Virus record (IMG/VR): IMGVR_UViG_3300028888_000047
Coordinates: 64,001 to 128,000 of that record
Strand: one strand, 5' to 3'
DNA length: 64,000 nt
Origin: a virus
Taxonomy: Duplodnaviria; Caudoviricetes
The translations under genes were made by a program, and so were the position numbers. Under the pieces are notes generated by a model, which saw only the letters and a program-made list of their open reading frames with translations, was not told the origin of the DNA and did no database searches. Of this stretch, positions 10,042-19,514 are shown piece after piece; position 1 is the first letter of the stretch, and each line of letters begins with the position of its first letter.

Positions 10042-10392
10042 TCAGAATCCATTATATCCGTCCCCATCATCCCAACGGAAGCCACCATGAACTGAAGGTT
10101 GTTCCTGAGGGAGAGTTCCATAACCTGCAAAACCATTTGTTCTGCGCTGACCGTATTGCTGCCCATAGATTGATAGTTCCTCAACAACGAACTGCTGTCT
10201 ACCTGCAATTTTATTCATGTGGCTTACAAACGATGAAGCGTCGCTGCGAGAAGAGAACTTCTTGGCGTGTTCCCTATCACCAAAATCAGCAGCTTCACAA
10301 TCACGGCCACGAGGGTCTTTAATTTTACGAGTGCCAACGAAATAGCACTGACCACCATACTGTGGGTTTGTGTCTTTTACAATATATGCCAT
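10042..10392 (-). CDS. hypothetical protein, monocistronic cassette
   Basis: 116 aa; G/Q/aromatic-rich C-terminus; flanked by two promoter cassettes. Confidence 0.7.
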   Translation of the reverse strand: MAYIVKDTNPQYGGQCYFVGTRKIKDPRGRDCEAADFGDREHAKKFSSRSDASSFVSHMNKIAGRQQFVVEELSIYGQQYGQRRTNGFAGYGTLPQEQPSVHGGFRWDDGDGYNGF

Positions 10393-10425
10393 ATAACTTC
10401 AAAATTTAATGTTGATTAAACGATA

Positions 10426-10480
10426 CAAATATACAAAAAATTAAATAAATAACAAAAAAGTTTTGGTTAATTAACGTTAA
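10426..10480 (-). promoter_or_regulatory. repeated early promoter cassette
   Basis: TATATTTG; GTTAA +40/+50. Confidence 0.75.
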
Positions 10481-10791
10481 ATCTCACACAATATTCTGCG
10501 TTCTTTATGATTTTGGCAATATTTTAGCCAATCATAATGTAAATCTTGAAAATTGCTTTCCCAATAGTTAAAGGCTTCATTTCCCATTGCTTGATAGTTT
10601 GAACCAAGAGATTCTTCATAGATAAAAATGTTACAAAAATGGATTCTCCTATTATAATTAAGTGTTCTATAAAGTTTAGGAATTGGTCTATCATAAGGAA
10701 AAAGGAATTTAACAATAAAAGAATATCTTCCGTTTTCTTTTAAATACCTGAACAGTATTTTCAAGCCAATATTGAATTCATCGTTTGTCAT
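10477..10791 (-). CDS. RFLKE-family small protein
   Basis: LFRYLKENGRY. Confidence 0.65.
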   Translation of the reverse strand: MTNDEFNIGLKILFRYLKENGRYSFIVKFLFPYDRPIPKLYRTLNYNRRIHFCNIFIYEESLGSNYQAMGNEAFNYWESNFQDLHYDWLKYCQNHKERRILCEI

Positions 10792-10921
10792 CTTCTATTT
10801 GTTTTTTTCTTATTACCATGTTTTTCCTCATACCACTTAAAAGTGTCGTACATAAATTTACTTACAGCATATACTGTAGAAATTATAGTAATAACAGTAT
10901 TAAATTTTTTCAATATATTAA

Positions 10922-11437
10922 TCATAACGCAACTTGAAATGATGGAACAAAATTTTCTTCTATAATTCCCTCTTCTATATAAGGTGAAACTTTTTCTTTA
11001 AAAATGCTTGCGCTATTGAGTAAAAATGTGCTGCCTAATTTTTTTTCTAATTTAATCACAGCACTATACACTTCATTAATCGTGTTTTTATCTATTATGT
11101 AGTCTGTATATGCTAAAGCATAATTAAAAAAATGGTCAGAAACTAAGTGTATTTCAAAGCTTTTCATTGTTTTAAAGTTAAAGAACTCGCAGTTAATTAA
11201 CCTAGCCAAAAAAAGGGTAGGAAATAAACCCCCGGCCAATTTTATGTCACTTGGCCAATATGAAATATTTCCATAATATCCTTCACTGGGATGCCCATTT
11301 CTGGATGCCAAACATTTTCCTATATAATAAGAAAATGGCATTTTAGTTTTTATGCCACTATCTCTCATTGTTCTGCGCATTATTGCAAAAACAAGTTTGT
11401 CTTTTTCGTCTTGAAAAAGTAAATAATATTTTTTCAT
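10922..11437 (-). CDS. hypothetical protein (tandem paralog of 11437..11913)
   Basis: Shared SR..HP.E....NISYWPSD. Confidence 0.65.
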   Translation of the reverse strand: MKKYYLLFQDEKDKLVFAIMRRTMRDSGIKTKMPFSYYIGKCLASRNGHPSEGYYGNISYWPSDIKLAGGLFPTLFLARLINCEFFNFKTMKSFEIHLVSDHFFNYALAYTDYIIDKNTINEVYSAVIKLEKKLGSTFLLNSASIFKEKVSPYIEEGIIEENFVPSFQVAL

Positions 11438-11913
11438 TAGAATGGTATGTTATGTTTTACCCCTTCTTTAATAGCATATAAATTGTCTGCCATTTTTATG
11501 GCTTTTTTTTCATCTACCCCGCATTTAATAAGAGCATTACTAATTTCTTGTTCAAACCCTTCAATTATAATATCTGTTGATGATAACGGATTTCCAACAA
11601 TATTTCTTAATTCCGCCATTAACTTTGGATATAATTTATCTCTATGCTCTTTAGACAAACGATTTATCAACATAGACAAGTATAACAGATTTAATCTAGG
11701 GTATCCAAATAAATTACAGTCACTAGGCCAATAAGATATGTTTGTTGCAAAAGATTCGCGAGGGTGGCTTTGCCTTGAATAATAACACTGTTCTATAATA
11801 AGTGAAAGGTCTTTGTTTTTCTTTAATCTTCCAAGTTCTTTTACAAGCCTTAGTATTACTTTAAAAACGTGTATATCCTCTTCTTTTTGGAATTTATAAT
11901 CTTTTAATTTCAT
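11437..11913 (-). CDS. hypothetical protein (tandem paralog of 10922..11437)
   Basis: SRQSHPRESFATNISYWPSD; ends HNIPF. Confidence 0.65.
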   Translation of the reverse strand: MKLKDYKFQKEEDIHVFKVILRLVKELGRLKKNKDLSLIIEQCYYSRQSHPRESFATNISYWPSDCNLFGYPRLNLLYLSMLINRLSKEHRDKLYPKLMAELRNIVGNPLSSTDIIIEGFEQEISNALIKCGVDEKKAIKMADNLYAIKEGVKHNIPF

Positions 11914-12065
11914 AATTCGATTTTCTTTAAAACAGCACGCCTAAAAATTAGCGCATTTTGCATATTTTATATGTTTCGTAACTATTTAAAAATCAACAAG
12001 TTACAGGTAATTGACTTATATTTAATAATAGTTTGATGATTAATACCACCGGTGTATCGAACCTA

Positions 12066-12716
12066 TTAAAAAGGCAGGTCATCTACGCCGTCAAAAAATG
12101 GTTTTTGTTTATCATCGCACCCAATTAGCACGGTTCCATCTTGTTCTCTATAGAATCCGTTTTGTTCTATTGATGCTCTAAAATCAGAAGTATCATAAAC
12201 ATAGTTTCCTATTTTTTGATTTAATGTATATAACATTCTTAAATGTGGCATAAGTTCGAATGCTGTTTCATATGCTTCTTTTGAATAGTTTTCAAATTTT
12301 TTGAATGTTATTATTTTTCCTCCTGATGCGTTTATTTCTCCTGCTTTAAGTCCGGTTCTTTTGCTTGCAAATTTAAATTCAAAATCAACATTTGGAAACT
12401 TTTTTATTATCTTAATTATTATTGGTAATGACGGATTCCAAAATGTGTCATAAATCATTTCCTCGTCATTAATCCAACAGGCGTTTAAGGCTTTAAATCT
12501 TGTACCCCAATTTTTAAGCATCCAATCATCCTCTTCTTTTGATTCAGATTCAAAATCAACCGGCTTTGGTGATATTTTGGTGAAGCACATATTTTTCCTA
12601 ATGCCATCTTCCATTGCTGAGCAAAATGAAGCAACGTCATTTATTTGTTTGCTATATTCTTCCTCAGAATAAGCGTTTGGTATTATTTTAAGCTTATTTC
12701 TTATTAAAGTTGCCAT
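12066..12716 (-). CDS. YubB/DUF1281-like protein with DDLPF tail
   Basis: NWGTRF...YDTFWNPS...FPNVDF; ends DGVDDLPF. Confidence 0.55.
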   Translation of the reverse strand: MATLIRNKLKIIPNAYSEEEYSKQINDVASFCSAMEDGIRKNMCFTKISPKPVDFESESKEEDDWMLKNWGTRFKALNACWINDEEMIYDTFWNPSLPIIIKIIKKFPNVDFEFKFASKRTGLKAGEINASGGKIITFKKFENYSKEAYETAFELMPHLRMLYTLNQKIGNYVYDTSDFRASIEQNGFYREQDGTVLIGCDDKQKPFFDGVDDLPF

Positions 12717-12821
12717 TTATAGTGTATTATTGGTTCTTATACAAATATACAAAAAAATAACAAGAAATAAAAGTATTTAACTGATTTTAACAATTATCAA
12801 TTTAAGCAAAAAAAACAAGAG

Positions 12822-13157
12822 CTATGCGGCGCTCTTGTTTAGTGCTTTTATTTCATTTATTACAGTTTCGTCTAATACATAGTTACCATTGTTTTCGCAC
12901 AATATTATCCAAGCTGTGCTCCAAAACCTATCACCTTCTGGTGTATCTGCCCAACAAAACGAATTAATGATAGCGTCCCTACCGTCAAAAGAGTTTTTTA
13001 GATACTCTAGACAATTTTTTTGTTTATGATAATTGTTAGGGTTTTCTTCGGTTCTATTTAAGAATGATTTATATGCTCCAATTTCTTTTAAAAACCTGAA
13101 AAACTTTTTGCGTTTATTACGATTCATAATTAATATTGATAATTGCGTGTATACCAT
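12822..13157 (-). CDS. RFLKE-family small protein
   Basis: FFRFLKEIGAY...FCWADTPEGDRFW. Confidence 0.7.
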   Translation of the reverse strand: MVYTQLSILIMNRNKRKKFFRFLKEIGAYKSFLNRTEENPNNYHKQKNCLEYLKNSFDGRDAIINSFCWADTPEGDRFWSTAWIILCENNGNYVLDETVINEIKALNKSAA

Positions 13158-13366
13158 ATTTCAGAAAGTTTCCTCCAAAACATATCGCCTTCTGGCGTAT
13201 GTACCCACGAAAAAGCATGCGAAATTGCAAGACCTCTATCAATTAGTACGCAGTATTTTTTGAAGTTGTGTGAATAATGATTTTTTATTACTCTTTTTAT
13301 AAAAAGTGCATATGCGCCATGTTCTTTTAAAAACCTTGAAAATTCTTTATAATCGTATACAGTCAT
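13130..13366 (-). CDS. RFLKE-family small protein
   Basis: FSRFLKEHGAY...FSWVHTPEGDMFW. Confidence 0.7.
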   Translation of the reverse strand: MTVYDYKEFSRFLKEHGAYALFIKRVIKNHYSHNFKKYCVLIDRGLAISHAFSWVHTPEGDMFWRKLSEIWYTRNYQY

Positions 13367-13611
13367 TTTTCTACCATTTTTTTTATTTCGTCAAAGTCGG
13401 TATATGTTTTATCGTCTTTTAAAACTGAAATAACGTGTTTGGTATGTTTATCTACCTTTACTTTGATAAACAGTTTAAGGCCAATATAATAGCGTTTAAA
13501 TGTGTATATTATTGTTTTTTTCCTGCGCGTAGCAGTAAAACCAAACACTGAGTGTTCAGTCAAATACGCACTAAGTTCATTGAAAGTTAATTCAGAAACG
13601 TTTTTTGCCAT
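13363..13611 (-). CDS. hypothetical protein
   Basis: 82 aa, overlaps both neighbours. Confidence 0.55.
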   Translation of the reverse strand: MAKNVSELTFNELSAYLTEHSVFGFTATRRKKTIIYTFKRYYIGLKLFIKVKVDKHTKHVISVLKDDKTYTDFDEIKKMVEK

Positions 13612-13837
13612 TATTTTTCTGATTTATTCCAAGGTCTTTCAAAACCTCTTTTGTTATTGCTTCGGCGCCAGATGAAGGCATCCATAGCTGCAATGGTAGT
13701 ATTTTGACACCTATTTCTTTGCCAACTGTTTTATAAGCCTCAGCTTTTACTTTAGCAATATCAACACGTTTAACATCGCTAGGGTCTATATAAATATTGT
13801 TGCCAATTAGAGCAACTATTGCTTTTCTATTACTCAT
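13592..13837 (-). CDS. hypothetical protein
   Basis: 81 aa. Confidence 0.55.
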   Translation of the reverse strand: MSNRKAIVALIGNNIYIDPSDVKRVDIAKVKAEAYKTVGKEIGVKILPLQLWMPSSGAEAITKEVLKDLGINQKNNGKKRF

Positions 13838-13957
13838 AAGTTTTCCAAGGGTCTATATTTCTTTTGATAATGATATATATGTTGGCTATATCATTTTGTT
13901 TTATAATACCAATCTGCTAACTCGAATGCTTCGTTTTCATCATATTTTTTATAGAAG

Positions 13958-14287
13958 TTAACTATTATGTTTATTATTAAGCATTCCAACAAGCTCAAGA
14001 GATTCCTTAAATGTTCTTATCATTGAATCGTTCCATTGATTTATTAAATCTGTTGTGGGATGTTCGTTACTGATGTTTTTGATATAATCCTTAATATCTT
14101 GAAGTGGGTTATAATTATCTAGCATTTCTTTAACCATACATAGAGCACGTATTCTACTAGCAGCTTCAATTGAAGAAGGTTTTGCATATCTTTTGTCCTT
14201 TTCATAATTTGCCACTTGACGATGGTATTCATTTTGAGTATCTTGAATACGCTTCTCAAGGAGTTCAATTATTTTTTTATTTTCCAT
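13958..14287 (-). CDS. hypothetical protein
   Basis: Likely start MENKKII at 14287. Confidence 0.55.
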   Translation of the reverse strand: MENKKIIELLEKRIQDTQNEYHRQVANYEKDKRYAKPSSIEAASRIRALCMVKEMLDNYNPLQDIKDYIKNISNEHPTTDLINQWNDSMIRTFKESLELVGMLNNKHNS

Positions 14288-14336
14288 GTGTTTTATGAAA
14301 TTTATATATACCAAGAAAAAATAGCCAAAAATAATT

Positions 14337-14801
14337 TCAAACATATACCGTTTCAGTTATTACTGTACTTATTTCTTTTTCTTTTTGCAACCCGTCCCTA
14401 ACATATTTCACGTCAAGAGAACTTGTGGCAAAGTATATTTTACTGTCTTTGAACAACCCAACCACCGCATATAATCCTATTTTGTCTCTTTTAAAATCCC
14501 AATCTTCAAGCCTTGGCTTTTTACCTGCCTTTACATCGGCTGATATATATGGAGTGGATGACGTTAATTCTTTTGACGCATTGTTAATGAACAAATAACA
14601 CTTATTTGTCGCGGATAATAAAGAAAACGATACCCTGTAAACAGCAGTAACAGCGTGAATATTATTATTTACAACAATAGCATAAATATTGCTTCTATTT
14701 AACACATCATCTGGGGTATGTGTCATTTTGCTCATAAAGAACAAATCATTTGTTTCAGGTATCAATGGTTCAAGTACTTTCGGTGATATTATTAACGCCA
14801 T
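14337..14801 (-). CDS. hypothetical protein with ETVYV tail
   Basis: 154 aa; ends TVITETVYV. Confidence 0.65.
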   Translation of the reverse strand: MALIISPKVLEPLIPETNDLFFMSKMTHTPDDVLNRSNIYAIVVNNNIHAVTAVYRVSFSLLSATNKCYLFINNASKELTSSTPYISADVKAGKKPRLEDWDFKRDKIGLYAVVGLFKDSKIYFATSSLDVKYVRDGLQKEKEISTVITETVYV

Positions 14802-14802
14802 A

Positions 14803-15054
14803 TTAAACTTTTTCTATATTATCTACGTGAATCGAAATTGTCATAATTTCCATAGAACTGGAGATAGGATGCTTATGTGATTTAAAACTATCAACGAGAG
14901 ACTTGATGCATGCTTCTTTTTTATCAAACATTATTGCATCATTTATGTTGGTTCTATCCAACCCTTTTGTGACATACATAAAAGGAGGCTTCCCGTCCCA
15001 TTCAGAGCTGTCTTTTTTTGATAGCCTTATTCTTCCTATATAACAGGTTTTCAT
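14803..15054 (-). CDS. hypothetical protein
   Basis: 83 aa. Confidence 0.55.
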   Translation of the reverse strand: MKTCYIGRIRLSKKDSSEWDGKPPFMYVTKGLDRTNINDAIMFDKKEACIKSLVDSFKSHKHPISSSMEIMTISIHVDNIEKV

Positions 15055-15236
15055 TTCTAAATGCTAAAAATATAAACAGAATGATATTATATACCAACAA
15101 TAATATTATTATATTTATTGTATTAATATCAAAAAATGTTTCATCTTTTGTTATACCATAACGTGGGTGTTCAATTACTATTTCATTGAACCATGTGTTA
15201 TTATTATGAACACTGTCCCAAGGAATCAGTATATAT

Positions 15237-15530
15237 TCATTCTGCATAAACAATTTCTGTTTTAACTGTTGAATTTGATAAATTTATATTGAAATCAACA
15301 TCAAAATCATGTTTATTAGGTTCTTTTTTTGTGTAATGTATAGTGTGCTGTTTAGCTTGCGTGGTAAGTTCTCCATCCGCCGCTTCATATTCGTTAATGG
15401 CTGTTTCAGATGTAGTTAAATCTATCATAAACTCTTTAACGTAGCGTACAACCATAGCAAAAAATCCTATTACAACACCTGCTAATATTAACGTATATAT
15501 GATATTAGCAACATCATCTTCATATCCCAT
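15237..15530 (-). CDS. single-TM protein with TEIVY tail
   Basis: Likely start MGYEDD at 15530; ends TVKTEIVYAE. Confidence 0.6.
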   Translation of the reverse strand: MGYEDDVANIIYTLILAGVVIGFFAMVVRYVKEFMIDLTTSETAINEYEAADGELTTQAKQHTIHYTKKEPNKHDFDVDFNINLSNSTVKTEIVYAE

Positions 15531-15567
15531 AATGTAATTAAACAATATTTTTTACATTTTTTTGTTT

Positions 15568-15622
15568 TAAAGATAACAATTTTTTTTCATTTAACCAAAA
15601 TTTTTTAGTTAAAAAATGTTAT
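15568..15622 (-). promoter_or_regulatory. repeated early promoter cassette (TATCTTTA variant)
   Basis: GTTA +40/+50. Confidence 0.6.
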
Positions 15623-16647
15623 TTAATTGCTTCGACCGCTTCAAAAGATTTCATAACAAGATGGTTATAAAAGTCGCCATTGCCACAATTTTCAGCAATA
15701 GACCTCAGATTTTCGCCGCTATCATTCAAAACATCAAGTCTTGCAGATTGTATGTTGAACAGCTTTTCGGTAAGCCATTGAAGCCTAGGAAAGCTCATAG
15801 CAACCATTAGAGTGGTGTTGCAATCAGCATCCAATGCGTTAACGTCAAACCTTTTGTTTTCTATAATAACATCTACTATTTTTTTGAACATGCTTTCGTC
15901 ATAATTTACATTAACATCTTGAGAATAGTAAATTAGCGATGAAAGCGCCGGTTCTTCCCATCTATCACATTCGTTTGGATTGAAATTGACATCCCTTACA
16001 ATTTGAATGCATGTTGTGTAATCACCTTGAAAAAATGCTTTAATAAGGGCATATAACGATACCGGGTTTCTCTTTTGATTATCTTCGAATGCCTTTTCAA
16101 GCTTATCAAGTATATTACCATTACCTTTGCTTGGAGAATCAATTGGTGTTAAGCAGATTCTTTTCTTAATGCCTACCCTCTTTTTAGGCTGTCCTTTCTT
16201 TATGTCTAAGATTCTTATGGACATAACAATATCAGATAACGTTTTATTCTCCGATGCTTCTGCTATATCCAACAAGTCTTTGCTCATTTGGTTCTTAATG
16301 TTTATATCAACTTTGTTTGTGTTGAATATAAAAGGAACTAACCAATTGAATTCTTCATGCCTAGCAATATGCATTAAACACGTTTCTCCCGTAGCGTCAA
16401 GCACATTAGGGTCGAAATCTTTGTTTTTTACAATTGTTTTAAGAACTTCTCTTAATTCTTTGCTGTCCTTTTTAGAAGGCATGTTTGATAGTATATTCAC
16501 TATGGCAGTAATTACAGGGGCTCTCCATGACGAATTAGTTTCGTTTGGATTAAAACTGTCATCTGTTATCACTTCCATTGCAGATGCATAGTCTTCTACA
16601 ATTATAGACCTCAATAGATGAGAAATTAAAGGAATATCTTTTTTCAT
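15619..16647 (-). CDS. ankyrin-repeat-like protein
   Basis: Duplicated halves FNPNE...FD.N.LDA.GET.LM; DIN.KN and GENL turns. Confidence 0.65.
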   Translation of the reverse strand: MKKDIPLISHLLRSIIVEDYASAMEVITDDSFNPNETNSSWRAPVITAIVNILSNMPSKKDSKELREVLKTIVKNKDFDPNVLDATGETCLMHIARHEEFNWLVPFIFNTNKVDINIKNQMSKDLLDIAEASENKTLSDIVMSIRILDIKKGQPKKRVGIKKRICLTPIDSPSKGNGNILDKLEKAFEDNQKRNPVSLYALIKAFFQGDYTTCIQIVRDVNFNPNECDRWEEPALSSLIYYSQDVNVNYDESMFKKIVDVIIENKRFDVNALDADCNTTLMVAMSFPRLQWLTEKLFNIQSARLDVLNDSGENLRSIAENCGNGDFYNHLVMKSFEAVEAIK

Positions 16648-16765
16648 TACGAAATGTTTTTATTACCTACTAAAATATCCTGCTCCATAAGCAAATGCGT
16701 ATAAACACGCCAATAGCCCTAATGCAATAATATCGACTATTGATATTTTATTGTTTGTTTCTGTT

Positions 16766-17137
16766 TTATTCATAACTCATTTTTGTTGGTATACAACCTC
16801 TTATTCCACCTTTTGGGTTTTCAACATCACCTTTATATCTTGGTATAATGTGCAAGTGAAAATGCATTACGCTTTGTCCGGCCGCTTCTCCACAATTGCA
16901 ACCAATGTTATAACCATCAGGATGAAATTCATTATCTAATATGTTTTTAATATCGTTAATTCTATACTGTAATGATTCTTTTAAATTTTCTGGCAGTTCA
17001 AAGAAATCATTATAATGCTCTTTTGATACAATTAAAACGTGTCCCTTCGACACGGGATATTTATCGTAGAAAGCAACCCATTCTGTGGTTTCTATTAATA
17101 TTCTACTTTTATCGATTTTATCACAAAATGTACACAT
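16766..17137 (-). CDS. HIT family hydrolase
   Basis: CTFC, PVSKGH, GYNIG.N.GEAAGQSVMHFHLHIIPR. Confidence 0.92.
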   Translation of the reverse strand: MCTFCDKIDKSRILIETTEWVAFYDKYPVSKGHVLIVSKEHYNDFFELPENLKESLQYRINDIKNILDNEFHPDGYNIGCNCGEAAGQSVMHFHLHIIPRYKGDVENPKGGIRGCIPTKMSYE

Positions 17138-17138
17138 A

Positions 17139-17612
17139 TTATTTCATTGGAATGTTACAATAAACCATACCTTTTAGAACGTCTTTATAACGTTCGTAAC
17201 AATCGTTTATGCTTTTTTTCAATTCATCACTCAAGTTTCTTTTAGCGTTGGGACCCATATTAGATAGTTCTGCATCAATATATGCCAACTCATTTAGTGC
17301 AATCTCAGAAGAAAGTTTTATCAGCATACTAAACTCACATTCACGTAACATATCTGAAAGGCCAATGAATTTAATTGATGCCATAATGCCCGCTTCTGAT
17401 GGACTATAATCAACATAGCTGTTTTTGTACACGGACCACACCAACCCAATCAAATAATCAGCAACATTCATAGTGATTGTTGGTAGGAATTTGCTTAACC
17501 CTGTTTGCTCAGTTTTTTTAAAAGCAGCAAAACTACCATTATCTTTATGCAATCTCATTATTTGGTTATAAAGAAACCTCTTTTCTTTTTCCTTGAGCTG
17601 TTTTGCTACCAT
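17139..17612 (-). CDS. hypothetical protein (divergent RFLKE-like start)
   Basis: IMRLHKDNGSF. Confidence 0.6.
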   Translation of the reverse strand: MVAKQLKEKEKRFLYNQIMRLHKDNGSFAAFKKTEQTGLSKFLPTITMNVADYLIGLVWSVYKNSYVDYSPSEAGIMASIKFIGLSDMLRECEFSMLIKLSSEIALNELAYIDAELSNMGPNAKRNLSDELKKSINDCYERYKDVLKGMVYCNIPMK

Positions 17613-17897
17613 TTACTTTTTACAACCTTTACATGTTTCCTTATCGTGCCAAACAACCATATCGCTTTTATTTTTTGCGCTATAAATATGGTATGTAATA
17701 TCGTGTCCTTCAACTTTGCCTTTATATATTGTAAGACCTGTGTAAGTTGAATCTATCGAATTATACACATTGTGTACTTCAAAATAATATTTTGATTTCT
17801 TTATTTTCTTTTCCTTTTCTTCAGAGTTTTCACACGAAGCGCAAAGGAAAAACGACGAAAAACATAGTAAAATTAAATAAGATAAAAGTTTTCTCAT
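17613..17897 (-). CDS. putative lipoprotein
   Basis: MRKLLSY...LCASC lipobox-like; start 17897 lies downstream of promoter. Confidence 0.55.
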   Translation of the reverse strand: MRKLLSYLILLCFSSFFLCASCENSEEKEKKIKKSKYYFEVHNVYNSIDSTYTGLTIYKGKVEGHDITYHIYSAKNKSDMVVWHDKETCKGCKK

Positions 17898-17924
17898 ATT
17901 CAAATTAGTTAATACATTTCTTGA

Positions 17925-17979
17925 CAAATATACAAAAAAAACGTGAGAGAAACAAATCTCCCACGTTAAAGTTTGTTAA
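17925..17979 (-). promoter_or_regulatory. promoter cassette with embedded terminator hairpin
   Basis: AACGTGAGAGA/TCTCCCACGTT; TATATTTG; GTTAA +40/+50. Confidence 0.8.
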
Positions 17980-17990
17980 TGAGGTATCTT

Positions 17991-19253
17991 TTACCACTTA
18001 GTAGTATTCATTTTTTCAATGGCTTGCATAAGCATATTAAGCCCTACGGTCTGCATTGGGTCAGTACTACCATTGCCACCATTGACAATAATCTTCGGAA
18101 CCCATTCAATGCTTGATTGCGCCAATTCGTGAGCAATACCAATCATTGTTTCCTTCTTGAGCGTGGCTGCATCCAATGGTGTTAAACCGGCGGATACTAA
18201 CGCCCTATTTGCTGCTGCCTTGGCCTCGCCCTCTGCTCGTACCTTACGTGCAACCTCTTCCGCCTTCATTGCCTCAAGTTTAGCAACTTCGTACTCCTGC
18301 TGAGCTTTTGTTACCTCCTTCGCTTTAATCTTTTCCTGTTCCCACTTGGCTTTCTCTGCATCCTGCTTACCCTGCTCGGTCACAAGAACTGTCTTCTGAA
18401 TAGCCTCAAGAGATTTGGTCTTAGATGTGATAACTGCAAGGTTTGCTGCCTTCTGCGCATCAATTTGCTGCTGGGTAGCCTTATCGTACTTGATGTCAGT
18501 AATTGAGACAAGGTTACAAGTTACGCCATACTGCTGGAAAGGACAAAGGTCAATCTCCCAATCGCCATTCTTGCCACGAATCTTCTTTCCTGTTCCCTCC
18601 TGACGCATGTAATTGCCATTAGTATCAACAAGAATCTCAGCCTTTGCAATAGTCTCAGTGTCGCCTGTCAACTCATTAATCTGCTTAATCTTGTTAATCT
18701 TTGTCTTATACACACCATTATTCAACTGGTCAGTAATGTACTGAATAAGGTCGGTACGTGTCTCAGATACAGATTCCAGTGATGACATCAGAGGCCCGCA
18801 TGATGTGACAACTTTGTAAAGTGTAGGCTTAATAAGAGTGTTAATAAGGGCTTCCTCAGAACCAAACTCCTGTTGAATCTTTGCCATGTGAGCAAAATCA
18901 GTAGGAAGAATTACTCGAAGAGAACCGATAATGAATCCACGACCCTTATCATTGAAAGTCAGAGCGGCTCCTGGGTTTGCTCCTGCTGCCACATAGCCAT
19001 CCTCGTTCTTTTCAACGCCAGTGAACTCAACTTGGTTTGTCTTAGCATACTCATGCACGTTACCCCAAAGTTGCCACTGCAAGCCGCCATCAGTCCAAAC
19101 CTCATACTTACCAGTAATGGCTCGCTGATTTACATAAATCATTGACTTGTCACACTCCTCAACCCATGCACCAATGGTGAACAGGAAGAAAACAATCAAC
19201 ACAAGAATTGAAATGCCAGTAATATGGCCCTTTGTAATTTGAAACTTTTCCAT
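17991..19253 (-). CDS. SPFH/band-7 (prohibitin/flotillin-like) membrane protein
   Basis: N-terminal TM, band-7 core, AE-rich coiled coil (AEGEAKAAA), PKIIVNGG tail. Confidence 0.85.
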   Translation of the reverse strand: MEKFQITKGHITGISILVLIVFFLFTIGAWVEECDKSMIYVNQRAITGKYEVWTDGGLQWQLWGNVHEYAKTNQVEFTGVEKNEDGYVAAGANPGAALTFNDKGRGFIIGSLRVILPTDFAHMAKIQQEFGSEEALINTLIKPTLYKVVTSCGPLMSSLESVSETRTDLIQYITDQLNNGVYKTKINKIKQINELTGDTETIAKAEILVDTNGNYMRQEGTGKKIRGKNGDWEIDLCPFQQYGVTCNLVSITDIKYDKATQQQIDAQKAANLAVITSKTKSLEAIQKTVLVTEQGKQDAEKAKWEQEKIKAKEVTKAQQEYEVAKLEAMKAEEVARKVRAEGEAKAAANRALVSAGLTPLDAATLKKETMIGIAHELAQSSIEWVPKIIVNGGNGSTDPMQTVGLNMLMQAIEKMNTTKW

Positions 19254-19260
19254 TGCTTTT

Positions 19261-19347
19261 TTATATTTTATTGTTAAATAATTTTAAAATTATAAACTCC
19301 CTAATAGATATAACTACTATAGCCAATACAGCTAATAATGCAAACAT
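19261..19347 (-). CDS. 28-aa hydrophobic micro-ORF
   Basis: Manual translation MFALLAVLAIVVISIREFIILKLFNNKI. Confidence 0.35.
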   Translation of the reverse strand: MFALLAVLAIVVISIREFIILKLFNNKI

Positions 19348-19352
19348 GACCT

Positions 19353-19511
19353 TTAACTTTTAATCCAATAATAGAAAGGAATAATTGCCTTTACGAATGA
19401 TACCTCTTTCTTTGTGAGGCTAATAACACCAAAACAGTGCAATGCAATCATAATATAATACAGTGCTGCAAGCACAATGATTGCCATAATAAGTAATCTA
19501 TAATACCACAT
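19353..19511 (-). CDS. 52-aa membrane microprotein upstream of SPFH
   Basis: Manual translation MWYYRLLIMAIIVLAALYY...KAIIPFYYWIKS. Confidence 0.6.
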   Translation of the reverse strand: MWYYRLLIMAIIVLAALYYIMIALHCFGVISLTKKEVSFVKAIIPFYYWIKS

Positions 19512-19514
19512 ATT

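Noticed and set aside
13835-13944. Short ORF with in-frame TAG (MMKTKHSS*QIG...) as readthrough evidence
   Set aside because: Under 40 codons, with no homology support and another open frame overlapping; not informative.
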